From assembly GCA_965644315.1 (NCBI GenBank), contig CBFFRQ010000002.1:1-64000 (forward strand): a stretch of 64,000 nt of DNA, in the 5' to 3' direction. Below, in pieces: positions 11,268 to 23,500 of the stretch; positions within the stretch are counted from its first letter, which is position 1, and each line of letters begins with the position of its first letter. This DNA is from Caecitellus pseudoparvulus (lineage: Eukaryota; Protista; Bigyra: Bicosoecida). The notes under the pieces are model-generated. The model did not search any database. It saw only the letters and a list, made by a program, of their open reading frames with translations, and was not told the origin of the DNA. Made by a program: the position numbers and the translations under genes.

Positions 11268-13823
11268 ATGCAAGGCTTGCCCCAGCCGTGGAGGCCGTAC
11301 GACGCCCAGCTCGGCAGTTCCCACAGCCACTCGGCATGGGACGGGGCACTGCTGTGGCCCACGGCAGAGGTGCTGGATGCAGTGTGGTCCCATGCCCTCA
11401 GCTGCGTCTCTGCGCCGACCACCCTGGCGCGGCTGCGCATCCTGCTGGCGCTGCTGCGGGCCAAGCAGGCGCCAGACGCGGCGCTGCTGGCTCAAGCACT
11501 CGCGGCAGTTGGCGCGTTTCCAGCCCTTGCCCGTGACCTGCGAGCTGCCATCCCAGCCCAAGTACTGCACATGGTGCAGGGCGAAGAGGGGCCCGACGGT
11601 ATGCCTGGTCGGCTTGCACAGCCGCCGCTCGCAGTCGCAGGCTTGCCGGAAGCCGAGCTGGTCGCTGCGACCCCTCGCAGCGAGCCCGACAGCCAGCCCC
11701 TCCTCCCTGCGCGATTGACGGGGCCGAGCAAGGTCGGCGCAGGCACCTTGACAAGCTCCATGCCTGCTCTGCCAGGCCACAACTCCACCCTGCCCCTGCA
11801 CTCCTCCCCCAGCAGCGTGTTGGAGGGTGCGCCCACGAGGCGGCGGCGTGATCCGACGCCGTTCCCCCTCCTGCACACCCACACGGGGAGCAGAGCAGGC
11901 CTGCCAGCCCTCACACAGTCCCTGCACGCTAGCATGGGGCCAGGCAGGCGGCGGCAGCGGCGTGGCATGCGCGGTGCGCCACCCACCCATCTCGGCACCC
12001 TCGCAGCCCATGTTGCAGATGGCGGCGGCAGAGTGGAGGCGGAGTCACGGGCCCTGGCGGGGTCGCTGTCACGCCACGCCCTGCAGTGCCTGTCCCGCGG
12101 CAAGCAGGCCCATGGCATGTCGCGCCGCCGTCGCACGGGCGACGCAGCAGCCGCCCCCACCCCGGCGCCGCTCCTTGCGGCCACGCTGTACACCAACACG
12201 CACCTGCGCCTGGCAGCGGGGCTGTCACGGCGAGAGGTGCACGGGCACGCGACCACCCTGCGCCAGAGGAGGCCACACAAACAGCGCTTTGGGGCAAGCA
12301 CGGCCGCGCTGGGCAGCAGCGCCTCTGCGCCTGGGCTGCGGTGGGAAGAGCAGGTGTCAGCAGTGGCGGCGGCAGCGCACCGTCGACTCACAGCTGTGGA
12401 GGGCCCCCGCCCCCTGCCCATGGTGATGCTGCAGCAGCAACACACACGATCCTCACCGGTCTTGCACTCACCCGTGCTCAAGTCTGCCCTCGCCTCGCCC
12501 AAGCAGCGCTCCCTGAGTCCAACCGCTTCCGTTTCTTGGTTTGATGAGGGGGGCGACACCTCGGGCCGACGCCACATGTCGCCGCCCCTCTCCCCCATCA
12601 GACGCCGCAGTAGCAGTGGACAGCTGAGTCCTCTCAGTGGACGCAGTTTCAAGGCGGCAGCCGCCGATTTGGGCGCCCAGCAGCGGCGGCACTTCGCCGC
12701 GCGCGTCGTGCAGCGGAATTGGCGCCTCATGCGGCAGTGGCGACAGGAGGGCAGGATGCAGCGAGAGGAGTCAGCCTTGCCCTTCATGCGGGCCCCACAG
12801 CGCACGGCGACCAAGGGGCAGGTGCGCAAGGGCCTGGCGGGCATGAAGGCTGTCAAGACATCGCAAGACTCCTTGTTGAAGAAGCTGTCCTTCAAGTCAG
12901 GCGCAAGTGCCACAAGTGCCGACTCGCGGAAGCCCCCAAAGGCCAGAGACGCCGCAGAGGCAGAGGCAGCAGGGCCACACGGTGCCGATGCTGCACCCGA
13001 CACTGACAGTGCGAAGCCCCTTCCGCCTGTGCAGGAGAAGGGCGGCGGCGGTGGTCACGCTGGGAGGGGGGCTAGCGGAGCACCGGCACCCCCCCCTCGA
13101 CCACAGGCGCCGCCCTCCCGCACCTCCCTCTCCGGCGCACACACCCAGAAACACGCACTGGAGGGCGAGGGCGGCAGCGACGTGGCTGCACGCAGTCGCG
13201 CCTTGGCTGCTCGGCTGCGTGTGGAGACGGAGCATGCGGATGCGGAGGACAGCCAGCCGGACACGGCACGGCCCTCCACCGCTCCCGCCCGGCGGCGCAG
13301 CGTGCTGCAGGAGATGTTGCTGCACGAGGAGGCGGACGAGGGGCTGGAGGGACGCGGGGGGGACGTCGCTGTGCGACCTGCCTCTGCCAAGGCGGCCCGT
13401 GCATCCGGTCGGCGCGACAGCTTCTCCAGCGCTGTCGGACTGGCGCTGCCGGCGACTCACCACGGCGAGTCCAGCGACAGCTCCCTGGACCTGGACGCCC
13501 TGCCGTCCCTGCCACCCAGCGTGGCGCAGCGTCTGGCCAAGGCGCGGGGCGCTGGTAGCGACAGTGACAGTCTGGCACCTCTGGGCACTGTGCGTGAGGG
13601 CACGCCCACTGGCGGCGGGTCGGTGGCCCTCAGCACGCCAGGCTCGAGGGGCGGCAGCCGGCGCAAACGCTTCTCCCTGGCTGAGTACAAGGCGGGTGGC
13701 TCTGTGCTGTCCCGCCCGAAAAGGGGTGCTGGCGCCTCCAGCAGCGCCGGAGGCACTGGGAGCGCCGGCACGCCAGATACCCCGTCGCAGGGGGGCAGCG
13801 GCGCCTCACAGGCGCCTGAGTGA
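11268..13823 (+). CDS. Hypothetical, largely disordered Ser/Pro/Ala/Arg-rich protein with a possible IQ motif
   Basis: Long open frame of 11070-13823, first ATG at 11268, divergent from ERCC1. IQ-like AARVVQRNWRLMRQWR near 12696-12745. An AT-richer spacer follows the stop. Confidence 0.5.
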   Translation: MQGLPQPWRPYDAQLGSSHSHSAWDGALLWPTAEVLDAVWSHALSCVSAPTTLARLRILLALLRAKQAPDAALLAQALAAVGAFPALARDLRAAIPAQVLHMVQGEEGPDGMPGRLAQPPLAVAGLPEAELVAATPRSEPDSQPLLPARLTGPSKVGAGTLTSSMPALPGHNSTLPLHSSPSSVLEGAPTRRRRDPTPFPLLHTHTGSRAGLPALTQSLHASMGPGRRRQRRGMRGAPPTHLGTLAAHVADGGGRVEAESRALAGSLSRHALQCLSRGKQAHGMSRRRRTGDAAAAPTPAPLLAATLYTNTHLRLAAGLSRREVHGHATTLRQRRPHKQRFGASTAALGSSASAPGLRWEEQVSAVAAAAHRRLTAVEGPRPLPMVMLQQQHTRSSPVLHSPVLKSALASPKQRSLSPTASVSWFDEGGDTSGRRHMSPPLSPIRRRSSSGQLSPLSGRSFKAAAADLGAQQRRHFAARVVQRNWRLMRQWRQEGRMQREESALPFMRAPQRTATKGQVRKGLAGMKAVKTSQDSLLKKLSFKSGASATSADSRKPPKARDAAEAEAAGPHGADAAPDTDSAKPLPPVQEKGGGGGHAGRGASGAPAPPPRPQAPPSRTSLSGAHTQKHALEGEGGSDVAARSRALAARLRVETEHADAEDSQPDTARPSTAPARRRSVLQEMLLHEEADEGLEGRGGDVAVRPASAKAARASGRRDSFSSAVGLALPATHHGESSDSSLDLDALPSLPPSVAQRLAKARGAGSDSDSLAPLGTVREGTPTGGGSVALSTPGSRGGSRRKRFSLAEYKAGGSVLSRPKRGAGASSSAGGTGSAGTPDTPSQGGSGASQAPE

Positions 13824-14016
13824 CAACAGCGAGTGCAGGTGCCAGACGCAAAGTTATCACAATACAGAAAATTCCCAAACTCCAGGCCTGTAGTGTCGCG
13901 GCAATTCTTTCGTCCCGGTCAAGCGTGCCGTGTGTGCTGCAGCTCGTCGCAGCGACGCCCAGCGACCGGCACACCCTCGGCGCGCCCTGTGACCTGCCCA
14001 GCTCCTGGTGCCCACC

Positions 14017-17000
14017 ATGGATATGCACCATGCGGGCAGCCTTCGACAGGCGTATTCAGCACAGTGTGACGCCGTCGTGCAGGAGCCTGATGTCCGGGTA
14101 CGCTCTGCATGTTGCAACTTCCGCAGCCGGCGCGCCTCGCTGCACTGCGCCACCACTGCCTGCTCAGGTCCTGGCCGCCATGCAGCGGGGCGAGGAGGAG
14201 GCCCAGGCAGGCTTCCCCATCACCGTGCTGTCCCTGTCCGACGCCCAGCTGGAAGGCGCCTCCGTGGCGCCAGTGCTGCGTGCCCTGGCTGAGGGCTACC
14301 CACCAGGCCACGCGCAGGCTGGCCACGAAGACGGCAGTGCGCTGATGCTGGCGTCGCCGCGAGTGCCGCCGGCGTCGGGGCTGCTGCGTGCGCCCCTGGC
14401 AGTGGGCGGCGCCACGGTGAGCGGCATGCTTCGGGGGCTGCTGTACCTGGACCTGTCCCACCAGCCACTGGGCGACCTGTACAATGTCCGCACCCTCTCC
14501 GCCTTCCTGGCCAGTCCCCACAGCATGGTGCAGCACGTCGTGCTGCACGGCTGCAGCCTCAGCGACGCCGATGCCGCGGCACTGGTCCTGGCCCTGGCCC
14601 GCCGGTGTGGGGTGCGACTGGACCGGGCGTCAGTGCCAGGCGAGCCGGGCGAGCTGGCCAGTCGGGCCAAGCACTTCACGAGCCAGTTCGGGGGGGAACT
14701 GGCTGCGAAGGAGGCAGGGGTGGCGGCGGCCGCGGAGGCGCACCCACCCCACCTCGTGGCCAGTGACGCCACCGCAGCCCTGCAGCACATGTCCTCGCCC
14801 GGCACACGGGCTGCCACCCGTGCCGCCAGCAGGTCCGTGGAGCAGGGGCACGTGGCGACGCTGGACCTGGGCATGAACGACGTGGGGCCCAGCACCACGG
14901 CGGTGCTGTCCGCATGGCTGGCCGCAGGCTGCGAGGGGCGAGGCGGCGACCCAGGCGACGTGTGCACCCTCAGCCGGCTGTGTCTGGACGCCAATCCCCG
15001 CCTGAATGACGCCTGCGTTGAGACGCTGTCGGCAGGGCTGGCAGACAACGCAGTGCTGCGCACGCTGTGCCTGCGACGGTGCCAGGTGGGTGCGGGTGGC
15101 GCCGCTGCGCTCAAGCGCTGCCTGTTGTTCAACCACTCCCTGCTGCTGTTGAAGCTGGACTTCAACAAGTGCGGCTCCTCCGTCCTGAACACCATCACTG
15201 CGATGCTGCGGCGTAATACGGTAGCGGCTGCCGCTGGCATCCTCACCGCCCACGATTCGCTGCAGGTGCACCAAGGGGCGGCTGGAGCTGGGGGGGAGGG
15301 GTTGACGACACCCCCCCCTCGACACCCGGCACGCACCCCCCTTGTCCCCCCCGCTGTGCCCCGGCCCACGTCCCCCACCCGCGCCGAAGTGCAGGCGCTG
15401 GTGCGTTTCTGGGACTACCCCATGGACCACAGCGCATCAGCGCACTTTTTCGCCGACCCCGCCAACTGGACCGCCAAACCCAACACCCTGGGCGCGTCGA
15501 CAGGCGACGTGTCAGTGCGCCCCATGCCCGCCAACGCTGCTGCAGCAGTGCTGGCGGCTGGACGGGATGCCGCCGCGCCTGGCGCACAGGACCAAGCCGT
15601 GCCCCGGCACCTCGTCATCCCCGCCTTGCGCTCACCGCACCAGGCCCCAGGTGTGGCGTCGCCGGATGTGGTACGCCGCATGGCCCAGGAGCGCGCTGAG
15701 GGCCGTGTGGAGGCTGTTGTGGCTGGCGCGGATGTGGGGGGGGGCACCGCAGCGCGGCTGACACAGCACTCACAGCGTCTCGCTGCCGTGCAGTGTGCTG
15801 CGGCAGACATGGCCCGGCAGCGGGCAGAGGCTATGTCTGCCATGCGAGCGGCCCTGGGAGGTGGGGCGTCATGGATGGAGGGGGGGGCGGCGGGTGACGC
15901 CTCCGGCCGGGGCGCGTGGCGGGGGAGGAGCAGTCCTACACCAGCGTGGCGGGTGGGGCCGAGGACGCACACGCCACCAGCGTCGTCGATGGGCCCACAC
16001 ATGCGCCCAGCCCCCACCCCATCACGCAACCCACCACGCCAAGTGACACCATGCAGGGATACAGTGGCAGCCCCGCTGCGCTGTTTTCACCTGCCGAGGC
16101 GGTGCTGGCGGTGCAGGGGGGAGACAGGGCTGCCAGCGGCGTGAGCGCATGCACGGCCCACACCCCCTCGGCCCAGCACGCCCCCCCGTCACCACCAGTG
16201 CAGCTAGCATGCAGCGTGCTCGAGACATCGCCCAGCTGAACAGCGTGCTGGGGCCAGAGTCCAGCGCAGGGCCCACTCTGCAGGAGCACCTCCCCGCGTA
16301 CACGGCTGATGCGTTTCTGAGCCAGCCAAGCACCCAGGAGGAAGGGGAAGCCCTCCCCTCCTCCCCGCGCGGGGGGGGCAGCACTGCACCCCTCTTGCAA
16401 GACCCCCACACTGCCGCCATCGCTGCTGCCCGGGCCGAACGCATGAAGGCTTTCGCAGCGCACGAGGCTGAAATGGCGGAGTTCGCGGCGCAGAGGGGTC
16501 GTCGGCGGGGGGGGCGGCAGGCGGGCGTATTGCGCGGATCTGCACAGTACGCCAGGCAGCCCCACGTCCACCCCCCCCACCAGGGCACGACGCGGCACAG
16601 TCACCCCACCTCCACCACGCCACCTCTGGGCCTACCCACCATCACCGCCCAGTCACCTCCCCGACCCATGAGCGTTGGGGTGGCGACCACACCTCCCCTG
16701 CCCGGTGTAGACCTGCTGCCACCCGCCCGCTCAGACAGACCCACGGCACATGCAGTGTCAGACGGCCAGCTGCGGTGGGTGACTCAGCGTGCCCACAGCA
16801 AGCTGGCTGCCTGGCAGCGCACGGGGGTCGCTGACGCCCAGTCTGGTGCGGAGTACGCCGGCCCCACAGCACACGGCTCGGGGCGAGACGCTGCCTCGCA
16901 CGACACACCAGCGCCCACGGCCGCATCCCCCGCCACACTGCGCCTGGCCACACGCACCGCAGCAGCTCGGCAGTGGCGACCAGCTCCGCTCCGTGGCGTA

Positions 17001-18529
17001 CCCCCTCCCCAAGCACTGGACTGCCGCCCCCCTACTCTGTACCGCATGGAGCAAGAGACAGCGGAGTCACCCCCGCGTGGCAGAGGAGGAGGGGCGCCGC
17101 CGCCACTGCACCTGGCCACGAGTCACTCCTCCACAGCCACGAGTCACCTAGTGAGCTCGCCCCGAGCAGCGAGCGAGGACGGCAGGCCCGTGCTGCATGG
17201 GCCCGCCCCTGACTCGCCGCAGGACAGTGACGCGACGCGGTCACTCAGTGACTCCTTGCAGGCCACGCCGCCCCCAGCCACTGTGAGACAGCCGTCCACT
17301 GCCACCCTCCCACCCCCGCCCCTGCGGGCAGGCACACCCCCACTCTGCACCAGCAGCATCCCCCCCCTCTCCCCAGGCAGAAGAGGCACACACCCCACCC
17401 CCACCTCCCCATACCTGGACCGCTTCCACCTCCCCCACATGCAGCACGTGCCACAGCCCGCGCCCGAGGTGGCTGAGCTGCTGCCGCCCCCTCCCTGCCG
17501 TGACGACAGCGACACGCCAGCGCATGACCAAGCAGGGCAGTCCGTACACCACCCATGGACCCCCCCCACCACCCCCCACTGCACCTGCGGCACCCGCCTG
17601 GCGGTGACCCAGCACCACACACGTCCCACACGCCCATCGCGTTCAACGTGCCACCCGGAACAGCACCCGCCTGGGGTGGACACGGCACCATTGTCTTCGT
17701 GCCTGCCGCTTCTGGGCCGCCAGCGGGGAGCCCCTTCATGGCCAGTCCGCCCGCTGTTACGTGGGGAGGGGGCGGCCTGACACCGGCGCCACACATGCCC
17801 CACCACACCACCCCATCCACCCTCCTCGCCAGCCACCCCGCCCCGGACGCCGCAGCACACGCCCCCCACCCCCTTCACGCCAGCCGACTGCCGGCAGAAA
17901 CCAGCATAGTGCCACACGTGCAACCCTCTGTCACGCCCCCCCCCGACACAACAGTGCACAGGGGCCAGAGCAAGCCGCGCCGGCCACAGAGAGGCGTGCG
18001 GGCCTCGGAGACCAGTGCGGTGGGGGGCACGGGGCAGGGGTCTCATGGGGCGCATGCTGCAGCGGGTGGAGCGTCGCGCACACCCCGAGTTCGGACCACG
18101 CACCAGCCGGGGGCAGCCGATTCCCAGCCTGCGTCAGCTGTGGGGGCCGCCACACCCGGAAGCGGGGATGCACTCCCACCCCCCACGCCGGGCTCTGCAA
18201 GGCACGTGGCAGGTGCGGGCTGGCTGCAGGCAGAATCTAGCACCAGGGTACCTGCTCCTGCTTCGGCCCTGCCCGATGCGGCGTCGACGGGTGACTCGCC
18301 GACCGCCGCCACTCAGCGGCAGGCGGCGGCCGATGGCGTTGCCGCGGCTGCCGCAGCGACGGCTGCTGTGCGCTCTGCGCTCGGGGCCTCTGAATCCTCC
18401 CAGCAGAATCTGCAACGGCGCAACTTCCTAGCCTCCTGCCGAGGGGTGGCCCCCACGCCACGGCTGGATGCCATGTCTCCGCGGCGCGTCAGCACGGTGC
18501 CCCGTCGCCGCCCAACCCAGGCGCCCTGA
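14017..18529 (+). CDS. RNI-like leucine-rich repeat protein with a long Pro/Ala/Thr-rich disordered C-terminus; several apparent frameshifts
   Basis: ATG in CCACCATGG at 14017. Exon 1 (MDMHHAGSLRQAYSAQCDAVVQEPDVR) is spliced through intron 14098-14167 in frame to VLAAMQ. RI-type LRRs follow (LLYLDLSHQPLG, LDLGMNDVG, LCLDANPRL, LADNAVLRTLCLRRCQVG, NHSLLLLKLDFNKCG). The tail continues across ORFs 15916, 16149 and 17555 with frame shifts near G/C runs. Confidence 0.6.
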
Positions 18530-18696
18530 AGGCATGCTGCAGCGGCAGCAAAATGTACGCAACACACAGCATGCCCGCCATTGGTGCCGCACTTTGTTGA
18601 AAAGCCCAGTTGGTGTGTGCGTGGCGGAGCATGGCCTGCTTGGCGCAAGGCCGACCGTGCTCGAGCACACGGGTCAGACAATGGCAACGCCAGAGC

Positions 18697-20464
18697 ATGC
18701 TGTTTGCCACAGCAGCGCTGGCTCTGTGCGCAGCTGCACAACTGGCCGACGTGCATGGTATCGAGACACCAATGTGGAGGTACGGAGCGGGGAAATCTGT
18801 ACGAAGCGGGCAAGGTGAGTTGTATTTCGTGGCCTAGCAAGCTCTCCTGCAAACTGCGGAAATTGCTTCAACCCCCAGCACGCCCCCCCCCCCCTTTGCG
18901 AGACAGAAACAGCAGGAGATGCGTTGAACTCTCAGGTATGTCGAAACCGCATGTGAAGAATGGAGCCCAGTTGCTCAGGCAAGATTGCGATGGCTGTTGT
19001 GTCACACCCCGCGAACCCATCCGCAGAGCCTGGCACTGACCTACGCTGCAGCAGCTGGCCAAGCTACATTGGAGCGAGCAGTCCAGGACTTGCCCATCCA
19101 TGTGCGCGAAGCCCTTGCGGACCACTTGCAAGGCTTCGATACCCCAACACGCGGCCCCAGGCTTGCCTGGTCCAGCCTTGACAGTCCAGATTCTAGAGGA
19201 AAGAGGGTTGTTGAGATCCCCGGTGCCGAGCTACCCTCCCTTTCCCGCCTCGCCCCCGCTGATGTGCACGCCCGCGCTGCAGAGCTGTTTGACCGGGGCT
19301 ACCGACAACGTGCAGTGCAGGAGCTGTGCACGCCTGGCAGTGTCCGCGTAGCTGCCGAGGCAGGCGCCGCAACAGCAGGGCTGCCGCCACGGCGAGTGCG
19401 ACAAGCCGCCACTGTGCTGCAAGTGTGTGGCTTTGTGGTTCTACAGGGCGCCATGCCGGAGAACTTGATCCGCGCTTTGAAGGAGGATAACGAGGAGCAA
19501 TTCTGGGCGTTCTACAACTCCTCCATCGCCCCTGACGCCAGTCTACGCAGTGCAGCCTCCCACGAAAGTGACTCCTTCGCAATTCGCTCCAGGGGGCGGT
19601 TCGAGTACAAACTGCACCGCGCAGGCGCTTTTGCAGCCCCAGAACTACTGGAGAACCACGCTGTACTGCCTGTGCTTGCGGCAGGCATGCGTTCACTGGA
19701 TTTTCAGCTGGACACGTTTTCTTGCGTCACAAGCCTACCAGGCTCTCCCTCCCAGCACTGGCACTCGGATGCAGGGACGCTGTTTCAGACACACAGCACG
19801 AACGGACTCCCGAGTCGGCTGCGGGCGGCTCGCCTGGCGGCTGCTCAGCGTCTAGGGGTGCTGGACAATCCCAATGACCACGCAATAGCCAACACGCACC
19901 CGACCTTTGGCTACTTCGATGCCTCGCCGCACCTCCCGCCACATGGCATTGTGGCGTTCACGCCCCTCATAAATGTCACACAGGCGCACGGGCCGACCGT
20001 ATTCCGCGCGGGCACACACTTGGCTTGCCCCGATGACCACTTGCGCGACCTTGAGGTGGACGGGGTGGTGCTGGACACCTGCCCGGAACACGCCACACAC
20101 ACGCTGCACGCGACAGCTCAGCCAGGAGACGTGATCCTCTTCGACTTCCGCGTCTCGCACAGGGGCGGGGCGAACACCCACCCCCACGACATCCGACCGA
20201 TGCTCTACCAAACATTCCTCATGGTGCGTGCCTGAAGTTTGCGCTCTGAGTAGAAAGACCAGTGTCTGTGCATTAGCACACCCCTCTCGCTTCCTGCACC
20301 CATCCGCGCAGCCATGGTACCACGACAAGGTGAACTTTCACCAGCGACAAACCTCGTCATTCGACGGGCATCCTCCGTTCCTACGCAAGCTCCTGACACG
20401 CCTTGACGCAGACGCCTTTTCAAGTTGGGTGCACGACACCGCCGCAGGCATGGGAGGTGCTTGA
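18697..20464 (+). CDS. Secreted PhyH-family Fe(II)/2-oxoglutarate dioxygenase; exons 18697-18814, 18916-18935, 19027-20223, 20312-20464
   Basis: Signal peptide MLFATAALALCAAAQLA. Contains GFVVL.GA, the HxD motif in QHWHSD, GPT.F..GTH, and GDVILFD.RVSHRGGAN...RP with the distal His. All four exons join in frame with GT-AG introns. Confidence 0.8.
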
Positions 20465-20563
20465 TCGCAAGCAGGTTGCCATTCGTGCGGCCGCCCCTGT
20501 TCAGCCAGACCAGCCCAATCTGTGCATCGAGTGCATTAAGAAGCTACACACTCCGCACAACAG

Positions 20564-23500
20564 CTACAAAGCTACACACAGCACCCCGCGGACATCCTCC
20601 ACGACACAGGAGGCGTCCTGTGCTGCATCACACAGGGCTCGGGCGCCATCCGACGTGATCCAGCCGCCCCACGTCCCAGCTCCGTTCTGGGCCCGCACGC
20701 TCACGAAGAGCGTGCCGCCAGACGGCCACGTGAAGCCATCTTCATCTTGGTCTGGCCCAGTCAGCAGCGCACTGGCTTCGAGGGAGTCGCCCACGAGCCT
20801 GCAAGGCATGAGGTCGTCCCGCCCGGCGTCAGAGCCGGTGCTGCCAATGCACCACTCGTACTGCACGATGCCTGACTCTGCATCAGCTGCTGGGGTCCAT
20901 GAGGCTTGGAACACTGCCCCAGGACTGCCCAGGATGCAGTCCGCGTCCACGTTGCCGCCGTCACGCACTTCCACTTCGTCGCTCCAGGCCGGCGCCGTGC
21001 CGTCCAACAACACGGGCTGCCCCAGCACGAGCTGCTGCGAGCCCGCACCATTGGCCACCTGGGCAACAGGGAAAAGACGGTCGCCATGGCCCCATGGCAC
21101 AGGCGGCACGGCGAGTGTGAGCGCGTTGGGGCTGGGGGCCAAGGCAAGCGCTGCGGGGGCGCTCAGTGGGTGGCCCGGGGCGCTGGGTGTGCAGGAGCAC
21201 AGGCCACCCTGCAGGGCGAGCACGGCGCCTGAGTCAACTGCTGCGCTTGACGCTTGGGATACGGCAGACAGAGTGCAGGACTCGTCCACCAGCCCTGAGC
21301 CAATGCGCAGCGGGTCCGAGCTCAGCTGCACTGGGCCTGAGCCGTTCCACTGGCCAGGCACAACGAGCACGGACAGGGCGGCGCTGGCCAGTCCTGACTG
21401 GGCATCTCCCAGACCCTCCACGCGCAGCACCAACCCCGCCTGCACAGACTCCACAGTCGTGAAGGATGCAGGCTTCAGATCAGGCATGGTCTGCACCGCG
21501 CAGGCGGCCGCCGCGGCCTCCGCCTGTGAGGAGCCGGGAGTTGGCAGCAGTGCGTGGCCGCCTCGTGGCATGACGATGCGTGGTGTTAAGGCAGGCGGTG
21601 TCACATCCAGCACGCCCAGAGGGGCAATGACTGCCGTGGACAGGCCTGCGAAGTTCGTGGCGACAGCTGTGAGCCACAGCGTGTCGCCGCCCTCCAGTGC
21701 GCTGGAGTTCAGGGTCACTTGGGCCAGGCGGCCGCTCTCCACCAGGTTTAGGTCTGTCCACGAGGCACTGGACCCCACAGCATCCCAGCTGCCCACTTCT
21801 CGCATGTGCGGCATGGCTTGAGACCCCAGAGCCGTGGCACCCACTGTGAGGGTGAGGGAGCTGAGGCCGGCACCAGCATCCGCCCAGTTCGCCAGGGACA
21901 GCTCCACGCGGCTCATGGGCACGATGGATGGCGGGTCACTGCCAGCCTGCGCCACCGCCTCTGCAAGCTGGCCAGCTGTGATATGGGCTGCACTGCCAGC
22001 AGGCAAAGCCGAGGCCTGCAGCGTGCGGGGCGCACAGGCGCTCGCGGCGAGAGCAGGCATGCGGAAGGTGCGGGTCCACGGCAAAGCTTCCTGCAGTACG
22101 GCGGCTGGTATGGAGGCGGCAGTGTTGGTGCTGCATGCTTCCGCATCTGGGAGCAGGGCCAGTATACCGGGCCGTGGGTGTGAGCGCACGAGGCGGACAG
22201 TGGGGGAGGACAGCTGCAGGAGCCTGCCGCCTGCCTTGCTCACCGCGACTTGAACTCGGAAGCCTTGTGCAGCTGCGAAGGCGGCATCCAGAGGCACGCT
22301 CTGCAGGAGTCCCTCCGAGGCGGAAGCCACCTGTAGCAGTTCGTGTGATGCCACGGATCCTTGGGCCGCCACTTCTTCTCCCGCGGGTGACACAGCGAGC
22401 AGCGTCCACGCCATGCCTTGCAGCGGCACAGACACAGCCGCAACCAGTGGCAGGCGGAAGGCAATGTCCCGTGAGCCACCCTGCACCCAGCGTTGCACTG
22501 GAGGGGCCCAGGTGGCACTGACGACCGGCACTGGGATGGACGGCGCGCCAGGCTGTGGGGTTTGGTCTCGCACACGTGCATCATCGCCGTCCACGACGAG
22601 CAGGGGCGACGTGTACACTGACTGCTGCCCGGCGCCGTTCGCTGCTCGCATGAGCAACACAGCCACGCGCCCAGCCAAGGCTGAGGCAGGCAGCGTCAAG
22701 AAGGTGGCATCCGCGCTGAGCTGCACGAAGTCAGCCTCGCCAGCAGCGAGCCATTGCGGGGAGGAGAAGCTTCCACCGGTGCACGAGCCATCCGAAAATG
22801 GGCCGTGGATGAGCGCAACTTCGTGCACGGCGATGCCACTGATGTCGTCCGTGGGCACTGGCAGGCGCAAGGACACTCCTGTGCTTGAATCCCCAACCAG
22901 GAGGTGACTCTGCAGCTGTGCTCCACACGACACGTTCGAGTCTTTGCTGGCCAGGTCAGGCGACAGCGCAGCAGCCACAACGTGGTCCATCCCACCCACT
23001 GCAGCCTCCGCAAGTGCCACAGCCTCGGTCGCCGAGCCCGCATGCAGCGAAGCCTTGCCGAACCAGGCACCATCCAGCATCGCCACAGCGCCGGACCAGG
23101 CTGGCGGAGACCACGGCGCATCCATGAACAGAGGCAGGGAAGCGCCCACAGCACGGCGGCCATCCTCAGTCTGCGCCTGCACGCTCACCACCACAGCCAT
23201 GCCGTGTTGCAGCTCCAGGCCTGCAAACGCAGCGGTGCCACGAGTCACGTACACGCCTGGACTGGGGTTGGAGGTGTTCCAAGTTGCTGCGTCCAGGGCA
23301 ATGCCTTCACCAAGTGACTCTGATGTGGCGCCTGCAATGTGGCCCAGCGTGGCGAATGCTGACTGCAGAGGCGAGCTGGAGGTGACAGTCCAAGTGAATC
23401 GCACGTGCGTCGCTTCAGCGCTGAAGCGCATGCTCTGCTGTGCAGCGTCCACAGCCTCCACGACAACCTCAGCTTCCTCCGCTGCCACCTGCACGACGCC

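Noticed and set aside
11070-18529. A single 7.4-kb gene joining ORFs 11070 and 13820
   Set aside because: An AT-richer spacer follows the stop at 13823, and a strong-context ATG at 14017 has its own spliced first exon. Two genes fit better, although fusion is not fully excluded.
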